Assembly (NCBI GenBank): GCA_016197005.1
Contig: JACPWO010000001.1
Coordinates: 346,544 to 410,543, forward strand
DNA from: Candidatus Anderseniibacteriota bacterium
GTDB taxonomy: Bacteria; Patescibacteriota; Andersenbacteria; UBA10190
Direction: 5' to 3'
Length of the DNA: 64,000 nucleotides
A program made the translations under genes and the position numbers. The notes below the pieces were generated by a model. The model was not told the origin of the DNA and ran no database searches. It saw only the letters and a list, made by a program, of their open reading frames with translations. This document shows, piece by piece, positions 56,539-64,000 of the stretch; position 1 is the stretch's first letter, and every line of letters starts with the position of its first letter.

Positions 56539-57574
56539 AACTTTCTAAACTCATACGCGCCTTGGCATCAACGTTCTGCCAAGATTCTTTGCGTCCGGCT
56601 TCAAATGCCAGCAAACCTACCTGTCCAATCATGACCGCGTTGTCTCCGCAAAGAGATAGCGGTGCAATGCAAAGTTTAATTCCTTGATTGACTGCTAATG
56701 TTCCTATTTCTGCTCGCAGAAGTGCATTGGCCGCAACTCCTCCCGAGAGCAACAGGGTTTTGTATTCCTCTATCTCTAACGCCTGCTCAGTCTTTTTGAG
56801 TAAGGAATCTACAACCGCCATCTGAAAACTGGCGGCAATATCTTCTTTTTTTGCACTGGGATTGTCTCGCAGTGCGTAAAGCACAGCCGTTTTTAGACCA
56901 GAAAAACTAAAATGTAAGTCTCCTGAGTGAATCATTGGTCGGGGGAACTTGAAGGCATTTACATCTCCCCGCTCAGCTATTTTGCTAACGTGCGGACCGC
57001 CTGGGTACGGCAGCTTGAGCATACGCGCTACTTTGTCGAATACTTCACCAGCAGCATCATCCTTGGTCTGTCCTAAAAGCTGGTAGTGCAAGAAGTCATC
57101 TGTCCGCACCAGCATAGTGTGTCCCCCAGAGACAATGAGAGCCAGAGCCGGAAAAGGAGAAGCTGGAATAGTGTACGTGCTCTTTATTCCTTCTTCACCT
57201 AAAAGGGCGGAAACAATGTGCCCTTCTAAGTGATGGACAGGAACAAGAGGTTTATTCCAGGCAAAGGCGAGCGTTCGTGCTGCTTGTACGCCAACGGATA
57301 ATGCCGGCATAAGCCCAGGACCAACGGTAACGGCAATAGCATCAATTGTTTCTTTGTTTTTTCCCGACTGCTGCAGGATTTTTTTTATCAGAGGGGTAAT
57401 TACTTTGACGTGCTCACGCGCCGCTACGTCTGGCACAACTCCGCCGGTTTCCGCATGAATATCTATTTGAGAAGCAACCGCACTAGCATAAACGGTAATT
57501 TTCTCCCCCTTCTTTTCCATCACAGCGACGCCGGTTTCGTCACACGAAGTTTCAATTGCTAGTACGGTGGACAT
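56519..57574 (-). CDS. tsaD: tRNA N6-adenosine threonylcarbamoyltransferase
   Basis: LAIETSCDETGVAV and HHLEGH metal-binding motif. The start is at the internal Met MSTVLAIE (track ORF extends to 57658). Confidence 0.8.
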   Translation of the reverse strand: MSTVLAIETSCDETGVAVMEKKGEKITVYASAVASQIDIHAETGGVVPDVAAREHVKVITPLIKKILQQSGKNKETIDAIAVTVGPGLMPALSVGVQAARTLAFAWNKPLVPVHHLEGHIVSALLGEEGIKSTYTIPASPFPALALIVSGGHTMLVRTDDFLHYQLLGQTKDDAAGEVFDKVARMLKLPYPGGPHVSKIAERGDVNAFKFPRPMIHSGDLHFSFSGLKTAVLYALRDNPSAKKEDIAASFQMAVVDSLLKKTEQALEIEEYKTLLLSGGVAANALLRAEIGTLAVNQGIKLCIAPLSLCGDNAVMIGQVGLLAFEAGRKESWQNVDAKARMSLESFSARSD

Positions 57575-57667
57575 ATAGGTAGTGTATTGGTTGTCAGCTA
57601 TCTTGGCATAGCACTGTAGAAGAAACCAGTATTCCTCGGCAAGGTAGGCGCATGACACTTCTAGGAG

Positions 57668-57874
57668 GTGATCAGCATGCCATATAGTACTCGAACGCAG
57701 CTGCCGCAGTCAGTGCGGTCGCACCTACCACCGTATGCACAGGAGATTTACAAGGAAGCATTCAATAGTGCTCGGAGGCAGTATGGGCAAGAATCCCGCG
57801 CTCACAAAGTAGCGTGGGCAGCGGTTAAGAAAAAGTATGCAAAAGGCAGTGATCGGGACTGGCATCGGAAGTAG
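57668..57874 (+). CDS. ChaB-family small protein
   Basis: LPQSVRSHLPPYAQEIYKEAFNSA...RAHKVAWAAVKKKY matches the ChaB pattern. Confidence 0.55.
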   Translation: MISMPYSTRTQLPQSVRSHLPPYAQEIYKEAFNSARRQYGQESRAHKVAWAAVKKKYAKGSDRDWHRK

Positions 57875-57937
57875 CGATACAAAAAAGAGTGCTTTTCCTT
57901 AAAGGCACTCTTTCTTGGTACAACCTATCTTTTTTAC

Positions 57938-58441
57938 TTAAGCTGTCGCGCGCGCTCGCGCTGTTTGATGTTGATACACCTCATACGCACCATAATCTCT
58001 CAAGGTCTGGGCAACTACTTCCCGGCCTGTTCTCCCCGTCGTAACCGCAACCAGTATGTCTCCATGCTCGAGTGCTGTCTGAACTTTCACTGCTTCGTCT
58101 TCCGCACCAAACCATTTTTTGAAAAGACCAATGATTCCCCCAGCGGCGGCACCAACTCCGGCGCCTGATAGAGCACCAGCAATGAGTGTCCCCGCTCCAA
58201 TAACCGGACCTATACCGGGAATGACGAATGGAGCTGCTCCCGCCAAAAGACCAATGAGACCACCAATACCCGCTCCCTTACCAGCATCCTCAGCCGCTTC
58301 GGAATGATGGTGTTCGCTTGTCAAAGCTTCTGCTTGTCCTAAAACGCTAATATTACTTGTCCCATAGCCAATCGCATTTAAGGCAGCGACCGCTTGGTCA
58401 GCTTCCTGAAAGGTCTCAAAGAGACCTGATACAACATGCAT
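57938..58441 (-). CDS. Glycine-zipper membrane protein (general stress protein-like)
   Basis: Central Gly-rich GxxxG repeats IGGLIGLLAGAAPFVIPGIGPVIGAGTLIAGALSGAGVGAAAGGIIG. Confidence 0.45.
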   Translation of the reverse strand: MHVVSGLFETFQEADQAVAALNAIGYGTSNISVLGQAEALTSEHHHSEAAEDAGKGAGIGGLIGLLAGAAPFVIPGIGPVIGAGTLIAGALSGAGVGAAAGGIIGLFKKWFGAEDEAVKVQTALEHGDILVAVTTGRTGREVVAQTLRDYGAYEVYQHQTARARATA

Positions 58442-58579
58442 GTGCAGTCACCTCCCCTCGATAGATCATATATTCACCCTACTGGCCTCGTGCCTTCGCT
58501 CAAGGTTATATTGGTACTTTGCTGTCAGATTTACTGACAGGGTGGACGGAAGAGGGAAAAACCGTTAAAACATATTCAC

Positions 58580-58651
58580 GGCTCCATCGTCTAATGGCTA
58601 GGACGCTAGATTTTCACTCTGGCAATAGGGGTTCGATTCCCCTTGGAGCTA
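58580..58651 (+). tRNA. tRNA-Glu (anticodon TTC)
   Basis: GGCTCCATCGTCTAATGGCTAGGACGCTAGATTTTCACTCTGGCAATAGGGGTTCGATTCCCCTTGGAGCTA. The anticodon loop is TTTTCAC and the T-loop is GGTTCGATTCC. Confidence 0.85.
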
Positions 58652-59344
58652 CTTTCTTGGTGAGGCAAATAGTCGTCTTACCCGATATACCCCCAAAAGC
58701 ATCTCCGCCCGTCCAATTTGTAGAATCATACGTATTCGCCTCCACATACCGGCCACCACTCCATACTTCTTCTCCTTTATTGTTTGCGAAAGCCCAGTAA
58801 ATACTTTGTACTGAAATCCCTTGCCTTCATGTTTAGAAAATGAGTTTAATGCAGCTTCAATAAGAAAGCGCTGCTTAAAATGAATTGGCACCTTCTCCCA
58901 CAACTCGCGCGTCACTGCTCGCTCGCCTCCGAGCAGCATGACGTACGGTAAAATAAAGTCGTTCGTGAAAATTTTCCGGTCACGCATTGCTACTGACATA
59001 TCTACTTTTCCTTCTAGTACCGGCTCCAGTATTTCTCGGAGCATGTAGTGTGTAAGACCACTGACGTCAGCATCAGAGAAAAAGAAAACATCACCTGAGG
59101 CTTCGGCAGCAGCTCGCCCCATTGCTTGTCCCTTTCCATAATTTTTTTCTTGCATGAGTACTCGCACTGGGAATTGGGCGGCAATGGCGGCCGTATTATC
59201 AGTTGAGCCATCGTCAACAACAATGACTTCTGTAAAATCGGGATAGGTGGTTAGTACTTCAAGTACCACACCGATCCGCTTTGCCTCGTTATATGCCGGA
59301 ACAATTGCGGTTATGGCTGTTTTGTTACCTTTTTTGTTATCCAT
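58649..59344 (-). CDS. Family 2 glycosyltransferase (Dpm1/polyprenol-phosphate sugar transferase-like)
   Basis: AIVPAYNEAKRI...VIVVDDGSTDNT...FFSDADV (DxD-type motifs). Confidence 0.75.
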   Translation of the reverse strand: MDNKKGNKTAITAIVPAYNEAKRIGVVLEVLTTYPDFTEVIVVDDGSTDNTAAIAAQFPVRVLMQEKNYGKGQAMGRAAAEASGDVFFFSDADVSGLTHYMLREILEPVLEGKVDMSVAMRDRKIFTNDFILPYVMLLGGERAVTRELWEKVPIHFKQRFLIEAALNSFSKHEGKGFQYKVFTGLSQTIKEKKYGVVAGMWRRIRMILQIGRAEMLLGVYRVRRLFASPRK

Positions 59345-59898
59345 AGACTAATGAATCGGTATACAACTCCACTTATAACTAATACAAATATCGCGACTTG
59401 AAGAACGTTTAAACTGGGCAGAGCATCAGCTGTTCCTTTAGCGGCGAGGTACCCGAGCGGGAGAATAACAATGAGCCAAATAATTGTTCCCAGGCAGTCA
59501 AAGAAGATGAAAGCCGGCAACGACACTCGTCTAGCAGCGAGATATAAAATCATAGCCGTTCGACTACCATACAGAAACTTTACAAATAAGAGAGCAATGA
59601 ATGGTCGCTGACCAACGAGTTTTTCTAGAAGCGTACTTACTTTCTGACGTTGTTTTTGCCACCGCTTCAGACGAGAAAATTTCTCTCGTAAAAACCCACC
59701 GGCTAGAAACCAGCCAATATCTGCTAAAACCGTACCCACAAACGCAGCGGCAAATATCCGGGGCATGTCCCAGCTCAATTGCGCTGCCAAGTACGCCGCC
59801 GTAATGATGACGCTTTCTCCAAAGAAGAAGGAACCAATAAACACTGCGGAAACATAGTGGAGAATGAAGAGCTGTTCAATTGTGGGAATGTCTATCAT
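59311..59898 (-). CDS. DedA/VTT-domain membrane protein
   Basis: Hydrophobic 195-aa protein with the FxGxxxxxxAA...GxxxxxxxW pattern of the DedA family. Confidence 0.55.
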   Translation of the reverse strand: MIDIPTIEQLFILHYVSAVFIGSFFFGESVIITAAYLAAQLSWDMPRIFAAAFVGTVLADIGWFLAGGFLREKFSRLKRWQKQRQKVSTLLEKLVGQRPFIALLFVKFLYGSRTAMILYLAARRVSLPAFIFFDCLGTIIWLIVILPLGYLAAKGTADALPSLNVLQVAIFVLVISGVVYRFISLWITKKVTKQP

Positions 59899-59957
59899 GT
59901 GAACTATTTAAGTATTGTGGTTGTTGAACTTCTTTACCATCCGCCTATACTAAAGGT

Positions 59958-60503
59958 ATGCAATGGAAATGGAAATTCTCGTTTATGAGCGGCGCATTTG
60001 GAATAGCGCTTGGCTTGTTTTATATTCTCCTTCTGAGAGCGATTGCAGTACAGGTTACCCCACCCCCCGACATCATGAACGAACCATATCCAGACATCAG
60101 CACGGAACAATTATGCGATGAAGCTGGAGGCAGATGGGTGCCAAATCCTTCCAAAGAAACATCTTCTACTGCTCCAGTCCGTATTGAGGATGGTCAGGTA
60201 GTTGCCTACTGCCAAGGACCTCTGAAATTTGAACGAGAGCGAGAAATCCAGCTTGAGGATAGTCGTCAAACTTCTCTCTTAGTATTTGCCATTGGCGGAG
60301 CACTCGCGGTAGCCGGGGCTCTTCTCTGGCCCGTACTTGCTCCAATTGCTCCCGGACTTATGGTTGGTGGTATTGTTTCCTTCTTCATTACGGCCGTGCA
60401 TGTCTGGATGTTATCCGCAAGTATTGGACGCCTCATAACACTTGTTGTGATCTTTGCCGCTTTAGCAGTTGCTGGCCTATACGCTTTCCGGGACAAGAAT
60501 TAG
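59958..60503 (+). CDS. Hypothetical membrane protein
   Basis: N-terminal and C-terminal TM segments. It is followed by a terminator hairpin. Confidence 0.4.
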   Translation: MQWKWKFSFMSGAFGIALGLFYILLLRAIAVQVTPPPDIMNEPYPDISTEQLCDEAGGRWVPNPSKETSSTAPVRIEDGQVVAYCQGPLKFEREREIQLEDSRQTSLLVFAIGGALAVAGALLWPVLAPIAPGLMVGGIVSFFITAVHVWMLSASIGRLITLVVIFAALAVAGLYAFRDKN

Positions 60504-60524
60504 CTACGAGCGTTCTCGCAATAA

Positions 60525-60555
60525 AAGGAGCGCCCTTTCGGGCGCTCCTTTATTT
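60525..60555. terminator. Bidirectional rho-independent terminator
   Basis: aaggagcgccc-tttc-gggcgctcctt with a T-rich tail on the plus strand. It lies between convergent genes. Confidence 0.5.
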
Positions 60556-60569
60556 CCAACTAAAAGCCT

Positions 60570-60875
60570 TTAGGCTCGTTTGAAGTGCTCTCGGCAATAT
60601 ACCGGGCGTCCTTCTGTTGGTTTGAAAGGCACCTGCGTTGGTGCACCACAAGTGGCGCATACTGCATCGTGCATTTCACGTGGGCCGCGGGAGAATCCCC
60701 CGTTGCTTCCACCACTCCCACCCCGGTCTGAACGACGCTTTGCGAAGCAGTCGCGGCAGTACACTGGGCGTTCGCCGGATGGTTTGAACGGAACTTGCGT
60801 TGCGTTTCCACACTCGGCGCATGTAGCATCGTGCATCTCACGTGCTGGCATAGATTGGTCCATGGTTTTGTGCAT
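60570..60875 (-). CDS. Tandem zinc-ribbon protein (two CxxC-x17-C-x2-C repeats)
   Basis: The units REMHDATCAECGNATQVPFKPSGERPVYCRDCF and REMHDAVCATCGAPTQVPFKPTEGRPVYCREHF form an internal duplication, also visible at the nucleotide level. Confidence 0.5.
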   Translation of the reverse strand: MHKTMDQSMPAREMHDATCAECGNATQVPFKPSGERPVYCRDCFAKRRSDRGGSGGSNGGFSRGPREMHDAVCATCGAPTQVPFKPTEGRPVYCREHFKRA

Positions 60876-60998
60876 TAAGGATTAAGATTCGAGGTCTGTT
60901 GACTCACTTTCGACGCTCGAATCTTAACGATTGACCACGCCTCACTTGAGTTTATTTCCTCGTGCCGTCACTATTAATCATTTACGGTTGGATGTCAA

Positions 60999-61493
60999 AT
61001 GAATTACACTTTTCTTATGATCCTGAAGCTCGTATACAGAAAACAAAAATATCCCCATAGCTGTGGTCCAGCGGTGCTCGAAATGATGCTCCATGCAGCC
61101 GGAACACGCGTATCCCACGAACGCCTGATTCGAGATACCAAGGCTACCCCCACTTATGGCACGAGTAGAGCAGACATGATTCGAGTACTGCGTCAATATG
61201 GCCTGCACACCCATACGCACATTAATAGTAGCCTCGCAGAGATTACGTTCTTTTTACAACACCACATTCCGGTGGCTGTAAACTACCGCGACTTGGTAGA
61301 AAACCAAGGACATTTTGCGGTAGTAGTCGGCATAAAGAATAATGTCGTGTATTTGCACGATCCCGACTACCAAGCTCATTACAAAATACCAGCCAAAGTG
61401 TTTATGCGCCGCTGGCACGGACGTCACCTTACAACTAACCGAAAATGGATCCTTACTGCTTCTAATTCGCCGCTACCGTCGTTCCACCACTAG
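60999..61493 (+). CDS. Peptidase C39-like (papain-fold Cys protease) domain protein
   Basis: Candidate catalytic Cys in YPHSCGPAVLEMML, His in QGHFAVVVG and Asp in LHDPD. 164 aa. Confidence 0.5.
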   Translation: MNYTFLMILKLVYRKQKYPHSCGPAVLEMMLHAAGTRVSHERLIRDTKATPTYGTSRADMIRVLRQYGLHTHTHINSSLAEITFFLQHHIPVAVNYRDLVENQGHFAVVVGIKNNVVYLHDPDYQAHYKIPAKVFMRRWHGRHLTTNRKWILTASNSPLPSFHH

Positions 61494-62182
61494 ACGTCCT
61501 TCGCCATACAATCAACGTCGAAGCGATTTACATCTTTAGATACCTTGGCACCAATGTAGTTTGCTAGGGTTGTCACCGTATCTGCCAAACGAGTCCAGAC
61601 AGAAGGATCCCCGATTTGTTCTTCTGCGATTGGTTCCTTCTTTAGTTCCACTTTCTGTTTTACTTCCCGAATAGGGGCGCCGGCCTCGGTGTAGCCTTTG
61701 ACGGTTACGGTTTGTTTGCGACGACCAAATTCTAAAGCAGAAGAGGTGGAGGGGAACCAAAGATCAATAAAGTATCCACTGTACCGTGAATTCATGCGAT
61801 CTTCGACAATATATTCCTCCCCATTAATATCGAGGAGTGTACCGATTGGCAAAAAGTTTGAAGCAACTACTCCAGGACGAACGCGCGTCCCAGCCGCAGT
61901 CACACAGGGAGTAGCATCTGTTTGGTACGGCGAAGAGGCATAAGCGCTTGATTGGACAATAAACTTCGTACCGACAGCTGGTTTTTGCCTAGCCGGTGCT
62001 CGTACGCCGAGTAATCCTTTAATCCGTCCCCAAAATGTTACTGGCTCAGTTGAGCCAGACGGTTGCACAATCTCCAAACGTACCGATGCGTCTGAAGTAT
62101 CTGATAAGTATTGTTCTACTGACTGCGCATATACCGGCAGCGCTAAAGCACTTAATACGACTAGGCTAATAATTTTTTTCAT
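61490..62182 (-). CDS. Secreted 3D-domain protein (MltA/RlpA-like fold)
   Basis: Signal peptide MKKIISLVVLSALALPVYAQS. 3D-domain region with conserved Asp residues ...TDATPCVTAAG...LLDINGEEYIVEDR... Confidence 0.6.
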   Translation of the reverse strand: MKKIISLVVLSALALPVYAQSVEQYLSDTSDASVRLEIVQPSGSTEPVTFWGRIKGLLGVRAPARQKPAVGTKFIVQSSAYASSPYQTDATPCVTAAGTRVRPGVVASNFLPIGTLLDINGEEYIVEDRMNSRYSGYFIDLWFPSTSSALEFGRRKQTVTVKGYTEAGAPIREVKQKVELKKEPIAEEQIGDPSVWTRLADTVTTLANYIGAKVSKDVNRFDVDCMAKDV

Positions 62183-62846
62183 GAAGGTAAATTTAATACT
62201 TGATACTTCATACTATATACTTTTATGCATGGCAGGCGAAGTAGGACATGTTGTGTATGCCGCTCGCATCCTTCACTATCTCGGCGAGCATGTTTCCGAT
62301 CCATCGTATTGGGCCGGTACTCTCCTTCCAGATATTAAACACTTTGGAATTATTAGTCGTCGCCGTACCCACGCGGAGGGCGTCAGTCTTTCCAATCTCG
62401 TTGGAAAAACAGATTTTCAAACTGGAATGCGCGTTCATGCCTGGATTGATGCCACTCGAGAAAAATTTCTAAACGAGCAACATATTAAAGAGGCACTCCC
62501 TTGGCATCCGTTCGTACCGCATGCACTGAAACTGGCCGAAGATGAACTCATGTACGACATGTATGATGATTGGAATTTAATTCATCGAGTCTTAAACGAA
62601 GTTCGAGGTGAAGAACTGGAATACATTCCTTCACGAGATCACGTACAAAAGTGGCACACTATCTTACAGGATTACTTCAAACAAAAACCTACGAATGAGT
62701 CACGGCGTCGACTATCACTCGGAATTGGATTATCTGAACACAGCAGCGATGAATTAAATAGTGTGGTGACAATGTTACGACAACAAGCAAAAGTACAACA
62801 ACTACTTACCGACTTTGCCAGTCGTCTAGAAGATATTCTGAAGTAG
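62181..62846 (+). CDS. Hypothetical protein
   Basis: 221-aa ORF with no recognised motifs. A terminator lies downstream. Confidence 0.4.
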   Translation: MKVNLILDTSYYILLCMAGEVGHVVYAARILHYLGEHVSDPSYWAGTLLPDIKHFGIISRRRTHAEGVSLSNLVGKTDFQTGMRVHAWIDATREKFLNEQHIKEALPWHPFVPHALKLAEDELMYDMYDDWNLIHRVLNEVRGEELEYIPSRDHVQKWHTILQDYFKQKPTNESRRRLSLGIGLSEHSSDELNSVVTMLRQQAKVQQLLTDFASRLEDILK

Positions 62847-62871
62847 GCGGAAGAATAACTCGAGAAATATC

Positions 62872-62899
62872 AAAACCCCGCCAGAAGGCGGGGTATTTG
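62872..62899. terminator. Rho-independent terminator (best fit for the minus-strand mini-gene)
   Basis: aaaaccccgcc-agaa-ggcgggg. On the minus strand the hairpin is followed by TTTTGATATTT. Confidence 0.55.
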
Positions 62900-62921
62900 A
62901 TCCTGTAGACATTACGAAAGT

Positions 62922-63062
62922 TTATCGCCTCTTGCGTCGTGAGGTGGTCTTTCGACGGCGAGTCGTTTTTCGACCGCTGCTGCGCTTGCGAGTCGTCTTA
63001 CGACGAGTTGTTCGCTTGCGAGCTGTTGCCTTACGGCGTGTCTTTCGTTTTCGAGCTGCCAT
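62922..63062 (-). CDS. 46-aa Lys/Arg/Thr-rich mini-protein
   Basis: Minus-strand ATG at 63062 lies 5 nt after a GGAGGTGG Shine-Dalgarno. It encodes MAARKRKTRRKATARKRTTRRKTTRKRSSGRKTTRRRKTTSRRKRR and ends just before the terminator. The track shows only the plus-strand mirror ORF 62932..63117. Confidence 0.4.
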   Translation of the reverse strand: MAARKRKTRRKATARKRTTRRKTTRKRSSGRKTTRRRKTTSRRKRR

Positions 63063-63226
63063 ACGTACCACCTCCTTCACATTAAAATATATTTTTCTGC
63101 AACGAACTGTTTGTTGAACTGTTTCCTCTCCGAATAAACATTTCTGTCGTGCGTTCGTTCGCAGTTACCTATCATTAAAACAAGAAAGCAGTGCACATGC
63201 AATGAAGTTATGCACATCACGTAAAT

Positions 63227-63736
63227 CTAAATTGATTTTTTTATGTTCAATGTGTACCCAATGTAACTCACACCAAATGAAAGTGCACCAAATAATATGA
63301 TGGCAAACATAACTTGTTGCCAAGTAAGTGAAACAAAAAACAGTGCAACAATTAAAGCACCAATGACGTAATCAATTTGATCAAACGGTCGCCATGGTTT
63401 TCCTGAACTGATACGAAGTCTGCGTTTGAAAAAACTTTTTATCATATCTCCGCCGATTGCACCTGCCCCAAGGAGTGCCCCAAGTGTCAGTGAGAATACC
63501 GAGCTCTCATATATATACACATCAAAAAGACTGATAATATATCCCGCAATAGAGCCAAATAGTAAGCCGATAATAAGCCCTCTTACTGTTTTGTTATCTC
63601 CTACTATTCCTCTGCCGCCATCAATTGGCTTGTTCAGACCAGGGAGCCAATTATACCGGGCTGCAAATATCGGCATTGTGTTGGCAACCCCCGCCGGCAA
63701 CAGTAACAGTAGTACTTCTAATATTGCGTGCGTCAT
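63227..63736 (-). CDS. CTP-transferase family membrane protein, CarS-like (CDP-archaeol synthase / DUF46-like)
   Basis: GDNKTVRG (GxNKTxxG) motif, a basic loop FFKRRLRISSGKPWRPFDQID and about 5 TM in 169 aa, resembling CarS. Confidence 0.5.
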   Translation of the reverse strand: MTHAILEVLLLLLPAGVANTMPIFAARYNWLPGLNKPIDGGRGIVGDNKTVRGLIIGLLFGSIAGYIISLFDVYIYESSVFSLTLGALLGAGAIGGDMIKSFFKRRLRISSGKPWRPFDQIDYVIGALIVALFFVSLTWQQVMFAIILFGALSFGVSYIGYTLNIKKSI

Positions 63737-63787
63737 ATTTCGATTGTACGTTTAGTAGTTACGAGTTGCTAGACCTTACACATTGAT

Positions 63788-64000
63788 ATGAAAATAAAAC
63801 GTTTGCCAAAGAAATTTTATTCGCGCGACACACACATTGTTGCAAAAGATCTGCTGGGTAAGTTACTTGTGCGTACATATCGCAATCACACGTATATTGC
63901 ACGTATTTGTGAAGTTGAGTGTTATGCCGGCGAAAATGACGGCGCATCACATGCACGACGCGGCAAAACAAAACGCACCGAAGTTATGTTTGGTGAAGCG
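63788..64000 (+). CDS. DNA-3-methyladenine glycosylase (Mpg/AAG family), 5' fragment running off the window
   Basis: MKIKRLPKKFYSRDTHIVAKDLLGKLLVRTY...ARICEVECYAGENDGASHARRGKTKRTEVMFG matches the Mpg N-terminal consensus (FF.R.T..VA..LLGK.LV...GRIVETEAY.G..D.ASHA). Confidence 0.7.
   Translation, partial: MKIKRLPKKFYSRDTHIVAKDLLGKLLVRTYRNHTYIARICEVECYAGENDGASHARRGKTKRTEVMFGEA

Noticed and set aside
58519-58800. 93-aa plus-strand ORF
   Set aside because: It spans tRNA-Glu (58580..58651) and the 3' end of the GT2 gene. A tRNA is far better supported.
60560-60885. Two additional overlapping ORFs: 60560..60841 minus (93 aa) and 60580..60885 plus (101 aa)
   Set aside because: They share the region with the tandem zinc-ribbon gene. 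Only the 60570..60875 minus frame yields the repeated CxxC...PVYCRxCF units. The others are frame artefacts of the same GC-rich repeat.
62932-63117. 61-aa Arg-rich plus-strand ORF from the six-frame track
   Set aside because: It is the mirror image of the better-supported minus-strand K/R/T-rich mini-gene, which has an SD and a terminator. The plus frame lacks an RBS and runs through the terminator-side hairpin.
63759-63971. 70-aa minus-strand ORF
   Set aside because: It overlaps the well-supported 5' end of the mpg (3-methyladenine glycosylase) gene on the plus strand.
1-64000. CRISPR arrays, rRNA genes, IS transposases
   Set aside because: No regularly spaced direct repeats were seen. No rRNA-like stretches or DDE/IS-type transposase ORFs were found. 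The only mobile content is the serine-integrase island.

Overview
This 64 kb window comes from a low-GC (roughly 35-42%), gene-dense bacterial chromosome with mostly minus-strand operons. It contains a GC-rich (about 55-65%) integrative mobile element of roughly 9 kb, inserted next to a tRNA-Ser/tRNA-Lys pair. Housekeeping content includes valS, metG, an archaeal-type proS, tsaD, murI, ddl, rfbB, a LivFGJMH-type ABC transporter, Hsp20 and three tRNAs. Three regions stand out.

- Region 3.3-13.1 kb holds a 7-gene overlapping operon plus flanking genes. The operon encodes two PaaK/CapK-like adenylating ligases, a split and order-permuted PEP-utilising phosphotransferase, SpeE, a pyruvoyl AdoMetDC (SpeH) and a PLP aminotransferase. 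Flanking it are a divergent PdaD-like pyruvoyl arginine decarboxylase, an amidinotransferase and a DUF2156-like (aminoacyl-tRNA-dependent transferase-like) gene. This looks like an undescribed polyamine or guanidino-amine tailoring pathway.
- A sensory module is duplicated at 13.1-17.5 kb and 33.3-37.3 kb. Each copy has a polytopic membrane protein, a conserved 92-aa cytoplasmic protein and a soluble GAF-type histidine kinase (three HK paralogs in total). One copy is followed by two REC-only regulators; the other is co-transcribed with a VanW-family gene and a NUDIX hydrolase.
- A prophage- or satellite-like island lies at about 18.5-27.9 kb. It carries an XRE repressor, a DUF4352 gene, a ParB-MTase fusion, a second MTase, TerS, TerL and a large serine recombinase. 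No capsid or portal genes are present. Two unknown cargo genes abut the tRNAs.

Other notable items are a sulfotransferase/TauE/OCD gene trio, a tandem zinc-ribbon protein, a 46-aa Lys/Arg/Thr-rich mini-protein and a CarS-like CTP-transferase. The archaeal-type features (ProRS, pyruvoyl ArgDC, CarS-like gene) suggest an uncultivated small-genome lineage, but that is inference. All calls rest on motif recognition by eye. No database search was possible.
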